Below are positions 18,850 to 28,993 of a DNA stretch of 64,000 nucleotides, piece by piece. The DNA is from Chryseolinea sp. (GTDB lineage: Bacteria > Bacteroidota > Bacteroidia > Cytophagales > Cyclobacteriaceae). The notes beneath the pieces are model-generated. The model was not told where the DNA came from and ran no database searches. It saw nothing but the letters and a program-made list of their open reading frames with translations. Numbering within the stretch: position 1 is the stretch's first letter; each line of letters starts with the position of its first letter. The DNA lies in assembly GCA_031412655.1 (NCBI GenBank), contig JANODK010000232.1, positions 2,855-66,854 on the forward strand, given 5' to 3'. A program made the translations under genes and the position numbers.

Positions 18850-18995
18850 AAAAATATTGATTTGGGCGTGAGCTAAAAGATGCTCATAGAAATAATAAAA
18901 ATTGAACGCTAAATTTTTTAGAAAAAGCCCAGCTAAATGAACATTTTAGGCACAAAATCAATATTATTGTTTTCTAAACTAGGAATTTCGCGCGC

Positions 18996-20129
18996 ATGAG
19001 TGTTTATATCACACGGTTATCTAAGTATTTACCCAACGATCCCATTTCGAACGATGAAATAGAAAATGTTTTGGGTTTGATCAATGATGCCCAATCAAAG
19101 GCACGACCGTTAATCTTGCGCAACAATCAAATTAAAACGCGGTATTACGCCATTGATAAAAGTGGTAAATCAACTCATACTAATGCGCAGTTAACCAAGT
19201 TGGCGATTGAGAACTTATTTGATAAGGATTTTGGCCTAGATGACGTTCAAATTATTTCGTGCGGTACTACATCACCCGATCAGCTACTTCCATCACATGC
19301 CGCCATGGTTCATGGTGAACTGGGAGGTAAACCTGTTGAAATTAATTCAACAACCGGAGCATGCAGTGCAGGTATTCAGGCATTGAAGTTCGGTTATCTT
19401 TCCTTGCTGGCGGGTAATGCAGAAAATGCTGTATGTACAGGCTCAGAAAAATTATCGGTGTGGATGCTTGCGAAATATTTTAAAGAAGAGGCAAGTAAGA
19501 TTATTGCATTAGAAGGTAATCCTATTATTGCCTTCGAAAAAGATTTTCTTCGTTTTATGTTATCCGATGGAGCCGGAGCTGTCTTATTACAAAAAGAACC
19601 CAACGCGACTGGTTTATCTTTAAGGATCGAGTGGATTGAACAGCAATCTTTCGCGAATGAAATGCCCGCATGTATGTATGCCGGTGCTATAAAAAATGAA
19701 GATGGAACGCTTACAGGTTGGGCAGAATTAGATCAGGATCAGTGGACTGCACAATCTGTATTTGCAATGAAGCAAGACACGAAATTGTTAGGAGATTTTA
19801 TTGTGAAGAAAGGGGGAGAAATGATGAAGGCGGTTGCCGAGAAGAAGAAGTTAGATATTTCTACTATTGATCATTTTCTTCCTCACTTATCATCTCAATA
19901 TTTTGCTTCTAAGATTGAACGTGAATTGCAATTGCTGGGAATTAACATTCCAGTTTCGAAATGGTTTACCAATCTTTCGAAGGTAGGTAACGTAGGAGCC
20001 GGTTCACCTTTTTTAATGCTTGAAGAATTTTTCCATTCAGGCAGACTAAAGAAAGGTGACACGTTGTTGATGATGGTACCGGAAAGTGCACGTTTCAATT
20101 ATGCTTATGTTTTGATGACTGTGGTTTAA
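18996..20129 (+). CDS. darB: KAS III-like condensing enzyme, DarB-type (dialkylresorcinol biosynthesis)
   Basis: Cys in TGACSAGIQAL, His in HFLPHLSS, Asn in GNVGAGSP. Lies in a cluster with a DarA-like gene. Confidence 0.72.
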   Translation: MSVYITRLSKYLPNDPISNDEIENVLGLINDAQSKARPLILRNNQIKTRYYAIDKSGKSTHTNAQLTKLAIENLFDKDFGLDDVQIISCGTTSPDQLLPSHAAMVHGELGGKPVEINSTTGACSAGIQALKFGYLSLLAGNAENAVCTGSEKLSVWMLAKYFKEEASKIIALEGNPIIAFEKDFLRFMLSDGAGAVLLQKEPNATGLSLRIEWIEQQSFANEMPACMYAGAIKNEDGTLTGWAELDQDQWTAQSVFAMKQDTKLLGDFIVKKGGEMMKAVAEKKKLDISTIDHFLPHLSSQYFASKIERELQLLGINIPVSKWFTNLSKVGNVGAGSPFLMLEEFFHSGRLKKGDTLLMMVPESARFNYAYVLMTVV

Positions 20130-20175
20130 GTCATTTGATTTACTGTTAAGTATATTCTAGAGATTTTTCCTTTGA

Positions 20176-20207
20176 TTGATATAACAATTTTATGATTGTT
20201 ATATCAA
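20176..20207. promoter_or_regulatory. Perfect palindrome TTGATATAACAAT-N6-ATTGTTATATCAA upstream of dinD; candidate operator
   Basis: Read directly. 13-bp arms with a 6-nt spacer, 41 nt upstream of the dinD ORF. Confidence 0.5.
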
Positions 20208-20247
20208 ATCCTCAAGTGTGAAATAATGATGTGATAACTAAACTATT

Positions 20248-21105
20248 GTGGCTATGAAGACAGAAGAAATAAAATTACTTTTTGAACAGTTTGAATCTGC
20301 ATCTTCCAAAATACAAAACGTAGAATGTTGGAGTGCAAGGGATATGCAAACCCTTTTAGGATACAGTAAGTGGGAGAATTTTGAGAAGGTAATTGACAAG
20401 GCAAAAGAGGCTTGTAAAAATGCTGGAGAAGAGGTTCAGGATCATTTTCCTGACATCAGGAAAACGATCCTGATGCCCAAAAATGCAGAAAAAGAAATTA
20501 TAGACATAGCGCTGACCCGTTACGCCTGTTATCTCATTGCGCAAAATGGCGACAGCCGAAAAGAAGAGATTGCGTTTGCCCAAAATTATTTTGCAGTTCA
20601 AACCCGAAGAGCCGAAATTATTGAGCAGCGGCTGTTGGAATATGAGCGGGTTAAGGCACGTGAAAAACTCAGCCTAACTGAAAAGCAACTTTCAGGAATA
20701 TTATTCGAGCGCGGTGTTGACAATCAAGGATTTGCACTTATTCGCTCAAAGGGTGATCAAGCATTATTTAGATTAACCACACAACAGTTAAAACAAAAAA
20801 TGAAGATTCCGGACAGTAGGCCAGTTGCTGATTTCCTCCCAACAATTAGTATTAAGGCTAAAGACCTAGCAGCAGAGATGACTGGTCTAAATGTGCAAAG
20901 CAAAGACCTGAAGGGACAAAATCCCATCGAGAAAGAACATATAGACAATAATAGTGCGGTAAGAAAAATGCTTGTGGAAAGAGGCATACACCCTGAACAA
21001 TTGCCAGCCGCAGATGATATAAAAAAGATTCAACGTAGATTGAATAGTGATAATAAAAATGTGCTGAAAGAAACGAAGAATTTGGGAAGGAAGAAGAAGG
21101 GATAA
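20248..21105 (+). CDS. dinD: DNA damage-inducible protein D
   Basis: CWSARDMQTLLGYSKWENFEKVIDKAKEACKNAG, LTRYACYLIAQNGD and NYFAVQTRR parallel E. coli DinD. The first ATG is at 20254. Confidence 0.85.
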   Translation: MAMKTEEIKLLFEQFESASSKIQNVECWSARDMQTLLGYSKWENFEKVIDKAKEACKNAGEEVQDHFPDIRKTILMPKNAEKEIIDIALTRYACYLIAQNGDSRKEEIAFAQNYFAVQTRRAEIIEQRLLEYERVKAREKLSLTEKQLSGILFERGVDNQGFALIRSKGDQALFRLTTQQLKQKMKIPDSRPVADFLPTISIKAKDLAAEMTGLNVQSKDLKGQNPIEKEHIDNNSAVRKMLVERGIHPEQLPAADDIKKIQRRLNSDNKNVLKETKNLGRKKKG

Positions 21106-21181
21106 GCTGTTCGCCATTAAGGATTATATACCTAAAAGATTTTATATTCGCTTTTATATTTGACTATTTGGGCAATACTTT

Positions 21182-21634
21182 TTGATGCCTGCCGATAAGA
21201 TTGAAGAAATCATGAAAGAAAACCAAGTCCCGCAGGATAAAGAAAATCTCAACGAAGGTAAGCTGGCCAAGTTGTATTATGCTACCGATGAAAAAGGCCA
21301 TTATAAAAAAGTGAACAGCGTAGGTTGGGAACCGGAGACGGTTGCCATGCAACAGGCCTGGGATGTAGTGAACAATGAAGTAGAAGAAGCACGTTTGAAA
21401 GTGATTGATGGAAAGGCCAGTCCGGTTTTATATTACCTCAAAAAAAACATCATGGACTTTTCAATGGTAGCGAGTTATATGGGCACGATGGGTTTTATAG
21501 TGCGATTACATACCCTGCCATTCTTCTTTAGCAAGTTGAGTAAAAAGACATTAGAGAAATACGCCTATACATTCCGCATCAGCGTGGAAGAGTTTACCAA
21601 CATCGAACGATTAAAACAAAAGCATGCAGGTTAA
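21182..21634 (+). CDS. Hypothetical protein, 150 aa
   Basis: The ORF overlaps the darA-like start by 11 nt, which suggests translational coupling. No motif recognised. Confidence 0.5.
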   Translation: MMPADKIEEIMKENQVPQDKENLNEGKLAKLYYATDEKGHYKKVNSVGWEPETVAMQQAWDVVNNEVEEARLKVIDGKASPVLYYLKKNIMDFSMVASYMGTMGFIVRLHTLPFFFSKLSKKTLEKYAYTFRISVEEFTNIERLKQKHAG

Positions 21635-22631
21635 TTTTACACACAAACAATCTGCTCATTGCGAAAGCGGAGTGATCTCGAACCTAATGCGTTTTCATGG
21701 TCTCGACTTCGATGAGCCGATGGCATTTGGTATTGGCTCCGGCCTTTTCTTTTCCTACATGCCTTTTATTAAGTTGAATGGAATTCCAGTAGCTACCTAT
21801 CGCATCTGGCCCGGACATATCTTCAAAAAGTTTTCGAATCGCATTGGTATCAAGATCGAACGAAAGAAATTTTCTTCGACTACAACTGCCATGACCGAGT
21901 TGGATAAGATGTTAGAAAAAGGTCAGCCCGTTGGTATGCTAACGTCTGTATTTTATCTCGATTACCTTCCTGCCGCATATCGCTTTCATTTTAATGCACA
22001 TAATATTATTGTCTTCGGAAAAGAGAATGGTCGTTATTTAGTGAGCGATCCGGTGATGGAAACAACCACGGATATTTCGTATGAAGATTTAGTGCGCGCA
22101 CGTTTTGCAAAAGGCATGCCCGAACCCAGCGGAAGAATGTACTATCCGGTTGAAATTCCGGGAGAGTACCCGCTTGAGAAAGCAATCTGGATTGGCATTA
22201 AGGAAACAAGCGATCGCATGACCACAATTCCCATTCCCTTGTTTGGTGCGAAAGGAATGCTGTATCTATCGAAACGTTTACGTCATTGGCCAGAACGCCT
22301 AGGTAATCGAAAAGCAATTTTGTGGTTGGGAAATCTTATTCGTATGCAGGAAGAAATCGGAACTGGCGGTGCAGGGTTTCGTTTTTTGTATGCTGCGTTT
22401 CTTGATCAGTCAAGTACCTTGTTAAAGAATGACGAGTTGTTCGACATCTCCAAACAAATGACAACCAATGGTGATTTGCTTCGCGACTTTGCATACTATG
22501 CTGGTCGTGTTTGTAAAAACCGTTCTTCGGATACAAAAACATTTTCAGAGCTGGCGGATATGCTCGAAGAAGTTTCACATCGGGAACAAAAAACTTTCAC
22601 TCAACTTTATCAGGTCAGCAAGTCGAAATGA
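21624..22631 (+). CDS. darA: BtrH_N/DUF4872-type protein, DarA-like (dialkylresorcinol aromatase)
   Basis: N-terminal HCESGVISNLMRFHG peptidase-C39-like motif. Size and context match DarA of flexirubin clusters as I recall them. Confidence 0.68.
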   Translation: MQVNFTHKQSAHCESGVISNLMRFHGLDFDEPMAFGIGSGLFFSYMPFIKLNGIPVATYRIWPGHIFKKFSNRIGIKIERKKFSSTTTAMTELDKMLEKGQPVGMLTSVFYLDYLPAAYRFHFNAHNIIVFGKENGRYLVSDPVMETTTDISYEDLVRARFAKGMPEPSGRMYYPVEIPGEYPLEKAIWIGIKETSDRMTTIPIPLFGAKGMLYLSKRLRHWPERLGNRKAILWLGNLIRMQEEIGTGGAGFRFLYAAFLDQSSTLLKNDELFDISKQMTTNGDLLRDFAYYAGRVCKNRSSDTKTFSELADMLEEVSHREQKTFTQLYQVSKSK

Positions 22632-23377
22632 GCGGAGCCATTGTTCAAATCGATAATGTAAGCAAGCAATATAATGGCGCGCAACAACCTGCTGTTTCTC
22701 ATCTCACTTTAGAAATCCCGAAAGGATCTGTGTTTGGTTTACTCGGCCCGAATGGTGCAGGTAAATCGACATTGGTGATGTTGCTCTGCGGTTTATTGAA
22801 ACCCGATGAAGGTTCCATTAAAGTAATGGATTTGAAGGTAGGAGAGAGCAGTGCAGCTATTCGTGAAAAGATCGGAGTAGCTCCTCAGGAGATTGCTTTG
22901 TTTCCAACACTCACAGCACACGAAAATCTTTTTTACTTTGGTCGCATGTATGGATTGCAAACTGATGTATTGAAGAAGCGAATTGATGAATACGTAACCA
23001 CGTTTGGTTTGCAAGATAAAATGCACAAACGCGTACAAACTTTTTCGGGAGGAATGAAGCGCAGGCTGAATTTGATCGCTGCATTACTACACGATCCTTC
23101 TTTAATTATTTTAGATGAACCCACTGCTGGTGTCGATGTACAATCGCGCAACATGATTCTTGAATTTTTATTAAGCTTAAAATCAAAAGGCGTAACCATA
23201 CTGTATTCATCTCATTTTCTAGAAGAGGCCGAACGGATTTGTACGCATCTTGCCATTGTAGATGAAGGTAAATTATTAGTTACCGGTAGACCTCAAATTT
23301 TGTTGGGTGAAAACCCCGACTGCAAAAACCTAGAAGAATTATTTTTAAAACGTACCGGTAAAACCATGCGCGATTGA
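22628..23377 (+). CDS. ABC transporter ATP-binding protein
   Basis: Walker A GPNGAGKST, signature FSGGMKRRL, Walker B LIILDEPT. Confidence 0.9.
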   Translation: MSGAIVQIDNVSKQYNGAQQPAVSHLTLEIPKGSVFGLLGPNGAGKSTLVMLLCGLLKPDEGSIKVMDLKVGESSAAIREKIGVAPQEIALFPTLTAHENLFYFGRMYGLQTDVLKKRIDEYVTTFGLQDKMHKRVQTFSGGMKRRLNLIAALLHDPSLIILDEPTAGVDVQSRNMILEFLLSLKSKGVTILYSSHFLEEAERICTHLAIVDEGKLLVTGRPQILLGENPDCKNLEELFLKRTGKTMRD

Positions 23378-24645
23378 AAATCAGGGCAACAATATTTAAA
23401 GAGTTTTTATTACTGGTGCGCGATCCGGGAGGAATGGCTTTGATTTTCTTAATGCCATTGGCGCTAGTGATTGTGATGGCATTAATTCAGGATGCTCCTT
23501 TTCGGGATTACCAGGAAATAAAACTAGAGGTGTTGTTGGTTGATCAGGATAATGATTCGTTGAGTTATAAAATCAAACGTGCGCTGGAAACATCGGGCAA
23601 CATCACGGTAGTGAAAGAAAATGATTTAGAGCGAGCAAAGAAATTGGTTCAGGCTGGTGAGTTTAAAGCCTCTATTGTTTTACAAAACGGAACGACTCAA
23701 GCATTAAAAAAGAAGACCGAACAGCTCATAGGTAAGATCGTTCGGAACATGGGAATGGAAACTCCATCAATTGACTCGATTGAAACTCCTGCTGTTCAAT
23801 TGGATTTGTATTTTGATCCTGCTATTAAAGTAAATTATAAACAAGCACTGGGTGAAGGTATTGAGAAGATTGTAGCGCAAGTGCAGAGCGAATGGATCAT
23901 TATGGAATTGCAAAGTCAGTTGAGTACAGGTGAAAATAAATATCCAAAAGTAAAATTCAATCCGGGTGATATGATGGTGGTAAATCAGCAATACGCATCT
24001 GATAAACCAAAAGAAAGATTAGCACTTAACTCTGTTCAGCACAATGTTCCGGCATGGACCATGTTCGCCATGTTTTTTATTTTGTTTCCACTCGCCAGTA
24101 ATTTTATCAAAGAGCGCGAAGAGGGAAGTATGCTTCGTCTGCGATTAATTTCGGGTTCACAGTTTCCGGTTATTGCTGGTAAATTTTCATTTTACTTTCT
24201 TGTGTGCATGCTTCAATTCGTGTTGATGATTGCTGTAGGAATTTTTGTGATGCCTTTACTTGGGCTGAATGAGTTGGTCTTAGGTAATAATGTTCTTGGC
24301 ATTCTGGTAACGGCATGTTCCGTTGGAATGGCGGCAACAGGTTATGGATTATTGATTGCAGTTTTTTTCAAGACGCCCCAGCAAGCACTTTCATTTGGTT
24401 CTATTTCTGTTGTTATTCTTTCGGCCTTGGGTGGGGTTTGGGTTCCGGTTTATGTGATGCCTGAAGTACTCCAAACGATCAGCAAATTCTCACCTCTTCA
24501 ATGGGGACTTGAGTCCTTTACGGATTTGTTTTTACGAAACGCAGATACCCTCGCTATTTTGCCGAACACTATTAAGTTAATGACCTTTTCATTTGTGACA
24601 TTAATCGCAAGCTTTCTCATTCATAAATCAAGAATAATTTCGTAA
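23374..24645 (+). CDS. ABC-2 type transporter permease
   Basis: An N-terminal TM, a large extracytoplasmic loop and five C-terminal TMs. Its start overlaps the stop of the ATPase gene. Confidence 0.85.
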   Translation: MKIRATIFKEFLLLVRDPGGMALIFLMPLALVIVMALIQDAPFRDYQEIKLEVLLVDQDNDSLSYKIKRALETSGNITVVKENDLERAKKLVQAGEFKASIVLQNGTTQALKKKTEQLIGKIVRNMGMETPSIDSIETPAVQLDLYFDPAIKVNYKQALGEGIEKIVAQVQSEWIIMELQSQLSTGENKYPKVKFNPGDMMVVNQQYASDKPKERLALNSVQHNVPAWTMFAMFFILFPLASNFIKEREEGSMLRLRLISGSQFPVIAGKFSFYFLVCMLQFVLMIAVGIFVMPLLGLNELVLGNNVLGILVTACSVGMAATGYGLLIAVFFKTPQQALSFGSISVVILSALGGVWVPVYVMPEVLQTISKFSPLQWGLESFTDLFLRNADTLAILPNTIKLMTFSFVTLIASFLIHKSRIIS

Positions 24646-24655
24646 TTGCAATACT

Positions 24656-24919
24656 ATGCAGACCAAAGAAGAACTAATAACCGAGCTAAAAGCGCTCATC
24701 ATCAAGCAACTTAACCTCGAAGAAGTTGCCCCCGACTCATTTGATGAAAACACGCCTCTCTTTGGCGAGGGCTTAGGATTGGATTCGATTGATGCCCTTG
24801 AACTGGTTGTATTGCTTGATAAGAATTACGGCATCAAAATTCAGGATCCGAAAGCTGCGCGTAAAGTGTTTGAGAATGTACGAACCATGGTGGAATACAT
24901 TCAAGAGAACCGAAAATGA
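24656..24919 (+). CDS. Acyl carrier protein
   Basis: 87 aa with the GLDSIDALELV phosphopantetheine attachment motif. Confidence 0.9.
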   Translation: MQTKEELITELKALIIKQLNLEEVAPDSFDENTPLFGEGLGLDSIDALELVVLLDKNYGIKIQDPKAARKVFENVRTMVEYIQENRK

Positions 24920-26124
24920 GTAATCGGATTTTTATTACGGGTTTTGGTATCATCACATCCGTTGGTAAAAACGCATCTGAAAATTTTGATTCATTAATAC
25001 ACGGGCGCAGCGGCTTTGGTGCGCTCGAAATTCTTAAATCAGCTCATCATCATACCTTACCGGCCTGTGAAATTAAATTACAAGACAGTGAACTGCATTC
25101 GTTGGCGGGAATAAAATCAGGTTTAGGATTTACACGTACAACGGCATTAGGTTTGCTTGCTGCGAAAGAGGCTATTCAATCTGCCGGATTAACCGATCAT
25201 GAAATTCAAAATTCAGGATTGATTTCTGCAACGTCTGCTGGTGGCATCCGCGAACTGGAACGATATTATTACGAGTTAAAAGATTTGAATCAGTATGGCG
25301 CGTTTGAAGAATTTGTGGACACAGGAAATCCGGGTGAGCATACCGAACGCCTGGCAGAATACCTCAACATCAAAAAATACATAGGTACAATCAGCACAGC
25401 ATGCTCATCATCTGCTAACGCGATTATGTTGGGTGCACAATTAATCAAAAATAAAATTGTTGATCGTGTAATCTGTGGCGGAACAGAAGCGCTGTCGAAG
25501 TTTACCATTAATGGTTTTAATGCCTTGATGATTTTAGATGCGCAACATTGCCGGCCATTTGATGCTAACAGAAAAGGACTGAATCTTGGTGAAGGTGCAG
25601 CATATCTGGTACTTGAATCAGAGGAAGCAGCAATTCGTGCCAGCAGAAAACCGTTTGCTGAATTGCTTGGGTATGCGAATGCCAACGATGCGTTCCATCA
25701 AACCGCTTCATCGCCCGATGGTATGGGTGCATATCAGGCAATGTATGGCGCAATAAAATCAGGAAGTATCAATCCCGATCAGATCGATTACATTAACGCA
25801 CACGGAACAGCAACAGAGAACAACGATCTTTCAGAAGGGCTCGCCATGCAAAAGTTATTTGATGGAAAGGTACCCACATTCAGTTCAAGCAAACCGTATA
25901 CAGGACATACCTTAGCTGCTGCCGGAAGTGTAGAGGCTGCGTTTTGTTTGATGAGCATGAAGCATGGATTCATATTTCCGAATCTGAATTTTAAAATACC
26001 TATGGATGAGTTGAATATTCAACCAGAGGTAACCTTGCAAAAGGGAAAGAATTTAAAATATGTACTTTCCAATTCCTTTGGTTTTGGTGGTAATACTTCT
26101 TCACTTTTATTTGCCGCTGTGTAA
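24916..26124 (+). CDS. Beta-ketoacyl-ACP synthase (KS I/II type)
   Basis: Active-site Cys in STACSSSANAI, plus NAHGTAT and YTGHTLAAAG His motifs. Confidence 0.9.
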   Translation: MSNRIFITGFGIITSVGKNASENFDSLIHGRSGFGALEILKSAHHHTLPACEIKLQDSELHSLAGIKSGLGFTRTTALGLLAAKEAIQSAGLTDHEIQNSGLISATSAGGIRELERYYYELKDLNQYGAFEEFVDTGNPGEHTERLAEYLNIKKYIGTISTACSSSANAIMLGAQLIKNKIVDRVICGGTEALSKFTINGFNALMILDAQHCRPFDANRKGLNLGEGAAYLVLESEEAAIRASRKPFAELLGYANANDAFHQTASSPDGMGAYQAMYGAIKSGSINPDQIDYINAHGTATENNDLSEGLAMQKLFDGKVPTFSSSKPYTGHTLAAAGSVEAAFCLMSMKHGFIFPNLNFKIPMDELNIQPEVTLQKGKNLKYVLSNSFGFGGNTSSLLFAAV

Positions 26125-26126
26125 CC

Positions 26127-27206
26127 ATGGAAAAGAGAAGACGATATTATGTTAATGGATCGGGCACCATTTCGCCTCAACTAACATTTGATGGTCAACA
26201 GTTTTTAGAAACCATACAACAGTATCATACCAATGTTCTTACCTGCGTAACACCAGACTTTAAGGCATACATTAATCCAATTCAACTTCGAAGACTCAGT
26301 CGCATGTTGCGCATTGGATTGTCGGCCGCTACAATTTGCATGCGCAATGCCAAAACACCGAAGATTGATGGTGTAATTGTAGGCACAGGATATGGTTTTC
26401 TCGTTGACACTGCAAAATTTCTTGAGGAGGTTTTAGCACAAGATGAAAAGCATGTTGCGCCTACGCATTTCATGCAAAGTACCTACAATGCCTTAGCAGG
26501 ATTGGTTGCTCTTTCCATAAAATGTATGGGGTATAACAATACGCACGTCAACAGAGGTTTTGCTTTTGAAACCGCTTTGCACGATGCCATGATGCAGCTG
26601 AATGAAAATGAAAGGTTAAACTTTTTAATAGGAACGTTTGATGAATCAGATCCAATTCAATATGTAATCAATAGTCGTGCGAGGCATTATAAAAAGGAAT
26701 TCATCAGTAATTTGAATTTATTTGACAGTACAACAGAAGGAACAATACAAGGCGAAGGCTCTGCTTTCTTTTCTCTTTCAGCAGTGCCAACTGAAACAAC
26801 AAGCTGTAGTTTACTGGATTTGCGAATGGTATTTAAACCAGACACTGAAGACGAGTTGAATAATTCAGTCATCGATTTGCTTTTAGCCCACGGACTGTCA
26901 ATTGACGATATTGATGTTATTATATCGGGGGTAAGTGGAGACGTTGCACACGATAAGATGATCAATGCTGTTTGTCAGAAGTTAAATGCAATAACACAGG
27001 TTCGGTTTAAGCATCTTTGTGGAGAGTATTGCACGGCTTCATCTTTTGCATTTTGGCTGGGTGCATCTATATTAAAGAATCAAACAGTACCAGTATCAGT
27101 TATGTCCAATTCAAAAAATGCTTCATCATCTATAAAACGGGTTCTAATTCTCAATCAATACATGGGGAGGAATTATACGATGATGGTACTGGAGAATTTT
27201 AAGTGA
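26127..27206 (+). CDS. KS-like protein lacking the catalytic Cys (chain-length-factor-like partner)
   Basis: Thiolase-fold-like sequence, but the position equivalent to the active-site Cys reads QSTYNALAG. It follows the KS immediately. Confidence 0.65.
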   Translation: MEKRRRYYVNGSGTISPQLTFDGQQFLETIQQYHTNVLTCVTPDFKAYINPIQLRRLSRMLRIGLSAATICMRNAKTPKIDGVIVGTGYGFLVDTAKFLEEVLAQDEKHVAPTHFMQSTYNALAGLVALSIKCMGYNNTHVNRGFAFETALHDAMMQLNENERLNFLIGTFDESDPIQYVINSRARHYKKEFISNLNLFDSTTEGTIQGEGSAFFSLSAVPTETTSCSLLDLRMVFKPDTEDELNNSVIDLLLAHGLSIDDIDVIISGVSGDVAHDKMINAVCQKLNAITQVRFKHLCGEYCTASSFAFWLGASILKNQTVPVSVMSNSKNASSSIKRVLILNQYMGRNYTMMVLENFK

Positions 27207-27260
27207 TTTCCTTACATCTTTACAAAAAATTTAGTCCGTCTTTGTTGTGAGGATTTGATT

Positions 27261-28877
27261 TTATACCTTAAAGAAAAGTATAAATCGGGTTCCTTGATCC
27301 ACTTCACTTTGCACTTCAATTCGACCACCTAATGATTCGATTTGAGTTCGGACAAGATACAATCCCAATCCTTTTCCTTCAACATGTAAATGAAATCGTT
27401 TATACAGATTAAAGAGTTGGGCATTGTATTTCGTTAAATCAATGCCTAATCCATTATCAGAAATGGTTACCTCTACAAATTGGTGCATTCGTTTTGAGTT
27501 GATTTGAATCAAGAGGGGACGATCCTTGTATCTGTATTTAATCGCGTTACTGATCAGGTTATAGAAAATACTTTCTACATAAGGCGGTAGCGATTGAATG
27601 ATTTCGGAAGGATTCACATTCATATTGACAGTCGCTTTGATTAGATGTAATTCCGGATCCAGCGACTTGATAACTTTTTTAATGATTTTTGAAAGTGACA
27701 CCTCACTGCGGATTTCAGTATTTGACTTTTGAATGTTGATAATCAAACCAAGATCGGTAATGACGGTATCCAACTCATGGCTCGATCGCAGAAGCAATTG
27801 ATGTATCGTTAATTTTTCTTCTTCCGTTTGTGGATTATTTAAAAGCGAAACTAAGCCTTGTACGCGTGCTAATGGTGCACGGAGATTGTGCGAAATGATA
27901 TAGGAGAATTGTTCCAGCCTGCTGTTTTGTTCTACCAATTCGGAGTTTGTCTGTCGTAAATGTTTTGTTTGATTTTCAACTTCAACTTGTAAATCAGTAT
28001 TCTTTTTATGTATTGCGTCAGCTTGTTCTTGAATTATCGTTCTTGATTTTTCTATTACCTGTTGTTGCAATACTAGTTGATCGTTGTGTGCACGAATTTC
28101 TTCATTTTGTGCAGTGATTTCTTCATTTTGCGCGAGGACATCTTGAGTTTTTTCTTTCACAAGTTGATCGAGTACTTCATTTTGATTGCGGAGAATACTA
28201 TTTTTTTCTATTTGAGATAATCGAAGTTCATCTGAAAGACGGAATGTGCGAACGGCATAATAGGCCATATACAATAAGGTAGGTACTGCCAAAAGAAAAA
28301 TCAATGCCTGAAGTAGATAGCTATTGCGAAGTGCAGTTTCGTAATTACTTTTTGCTTCCAGAACGATGTTGTCTTCAAATGAATTAACATGATATGAAAA
28401 CCTTTTAAACATTAACCATAGATCATATCCTTTGTCACGATTCAAAAGAGTTTTAAATTCATTTATCCTTCCTTGTTTAATATGTGCCAACATCACATCC
28501 GTGTATCGAAAATACGACCAAACTGAATCCTTGAGGACTTGAAGCTCCTTCATATTAGGATATCCTTGATTGCGAAGGGTGCTCTCTAACTTGCTGAAAA
28601 TTTCTTGCTGAATAATGTAAGAGGAATCGGTTGCTCCCAGAAGTTGTGGGTTATTAACTAGCGCATATCCCCGAATGCCCAGATCAAGTAAATGTAAATT
28701 CCGAATAACATCCAGCGTGTTGATCTTTGCACTCTCTGCATTCTCCTGACTTTCTTTATTACGCTCAATGATTCGACTGTTCTGATAAATAAGACCAACG
28801 TTAGCCAACAACAGAATAGCAATAACACCAACAATGCTATACAATACTTTAGACCGATTTTTTGTGATTTTGTCCAT
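27261..28877 (-). CDS. Sensor histidine kinase with N-terminal CHASE3-like sensor and coiled coil
   Basis: A TM segment, a periplasmic region, a second TM, QNEEI repeats, H-box FSYIISHNLRAPL, and an HATPase region with DNGLGID and GKGLGL. Confidence 0.85.
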   Translation of the reverse strand: MDKITKNRSKVLYSIVGVIAILLLANVGLIYQNSRIIERNKESQENAESAKINTLDVIRNLHLLDLGIRGYALVNNPQLLGATDSSYIIQQEIFSKLESTLRNQGYPNMKELQVLKDSVWSYFRYTDVMLAHIKQGRINEFKTLLNRDKGYDLWLMFKRFSYHVNSFEDNIVLEAKSNYETALRNSYLLQALIFLLAVPTLLYMAYYAVRTFRLSDELRLSQIEKNSILRNQNEVLDQLVKEKTQDVLAQNEEITAQNEEIRAHNDQLVLQQQVIEKSRTIIQEQADAIHKKNTDLQVEVENQTKHLRQTNSELVEQNSRLEQFSYIISHNLRAPLARVQGLVSLLNNPQTEEEKLTIHQLLLRSSHELDTVITDLGLIINIQKSNTEIRSEVSLSKIIKKVIKSLDPELHLIKATVNMNVNPSEIIQSLPPYVESIFYNLISNAIKYRYKDRPLLIQINSKRMHQFVEVTISDNGLGIDLTKYNAQLFNLYKRFHLHVEGKGLGLYLVRTQIESLGGRIEVQSEVDQGTRFILFFKV

Positions 28878-28993
28878 TGCATAATTTCTGTAACTGGGAT
28901 TCTTCTGAATATTGGTTAAGTATAAATTCGAAGGCTCAGTTAATTCATTAACCCTTTCTAAATGCTGACAATTTTAATTAATAATTTACAAAA

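Noticed and set aside
18852-18965. 11-bp AT-rich inverted repeat (AATATTGATTT / AAATCAATATT) flanking the halogenase-darB spacer
   Set aside because: By a rough estimate, for an AT-rich 64-kb window an 11-mer inverted repeat within about 100 bp is expected by chance about once. There is no supporting structure.
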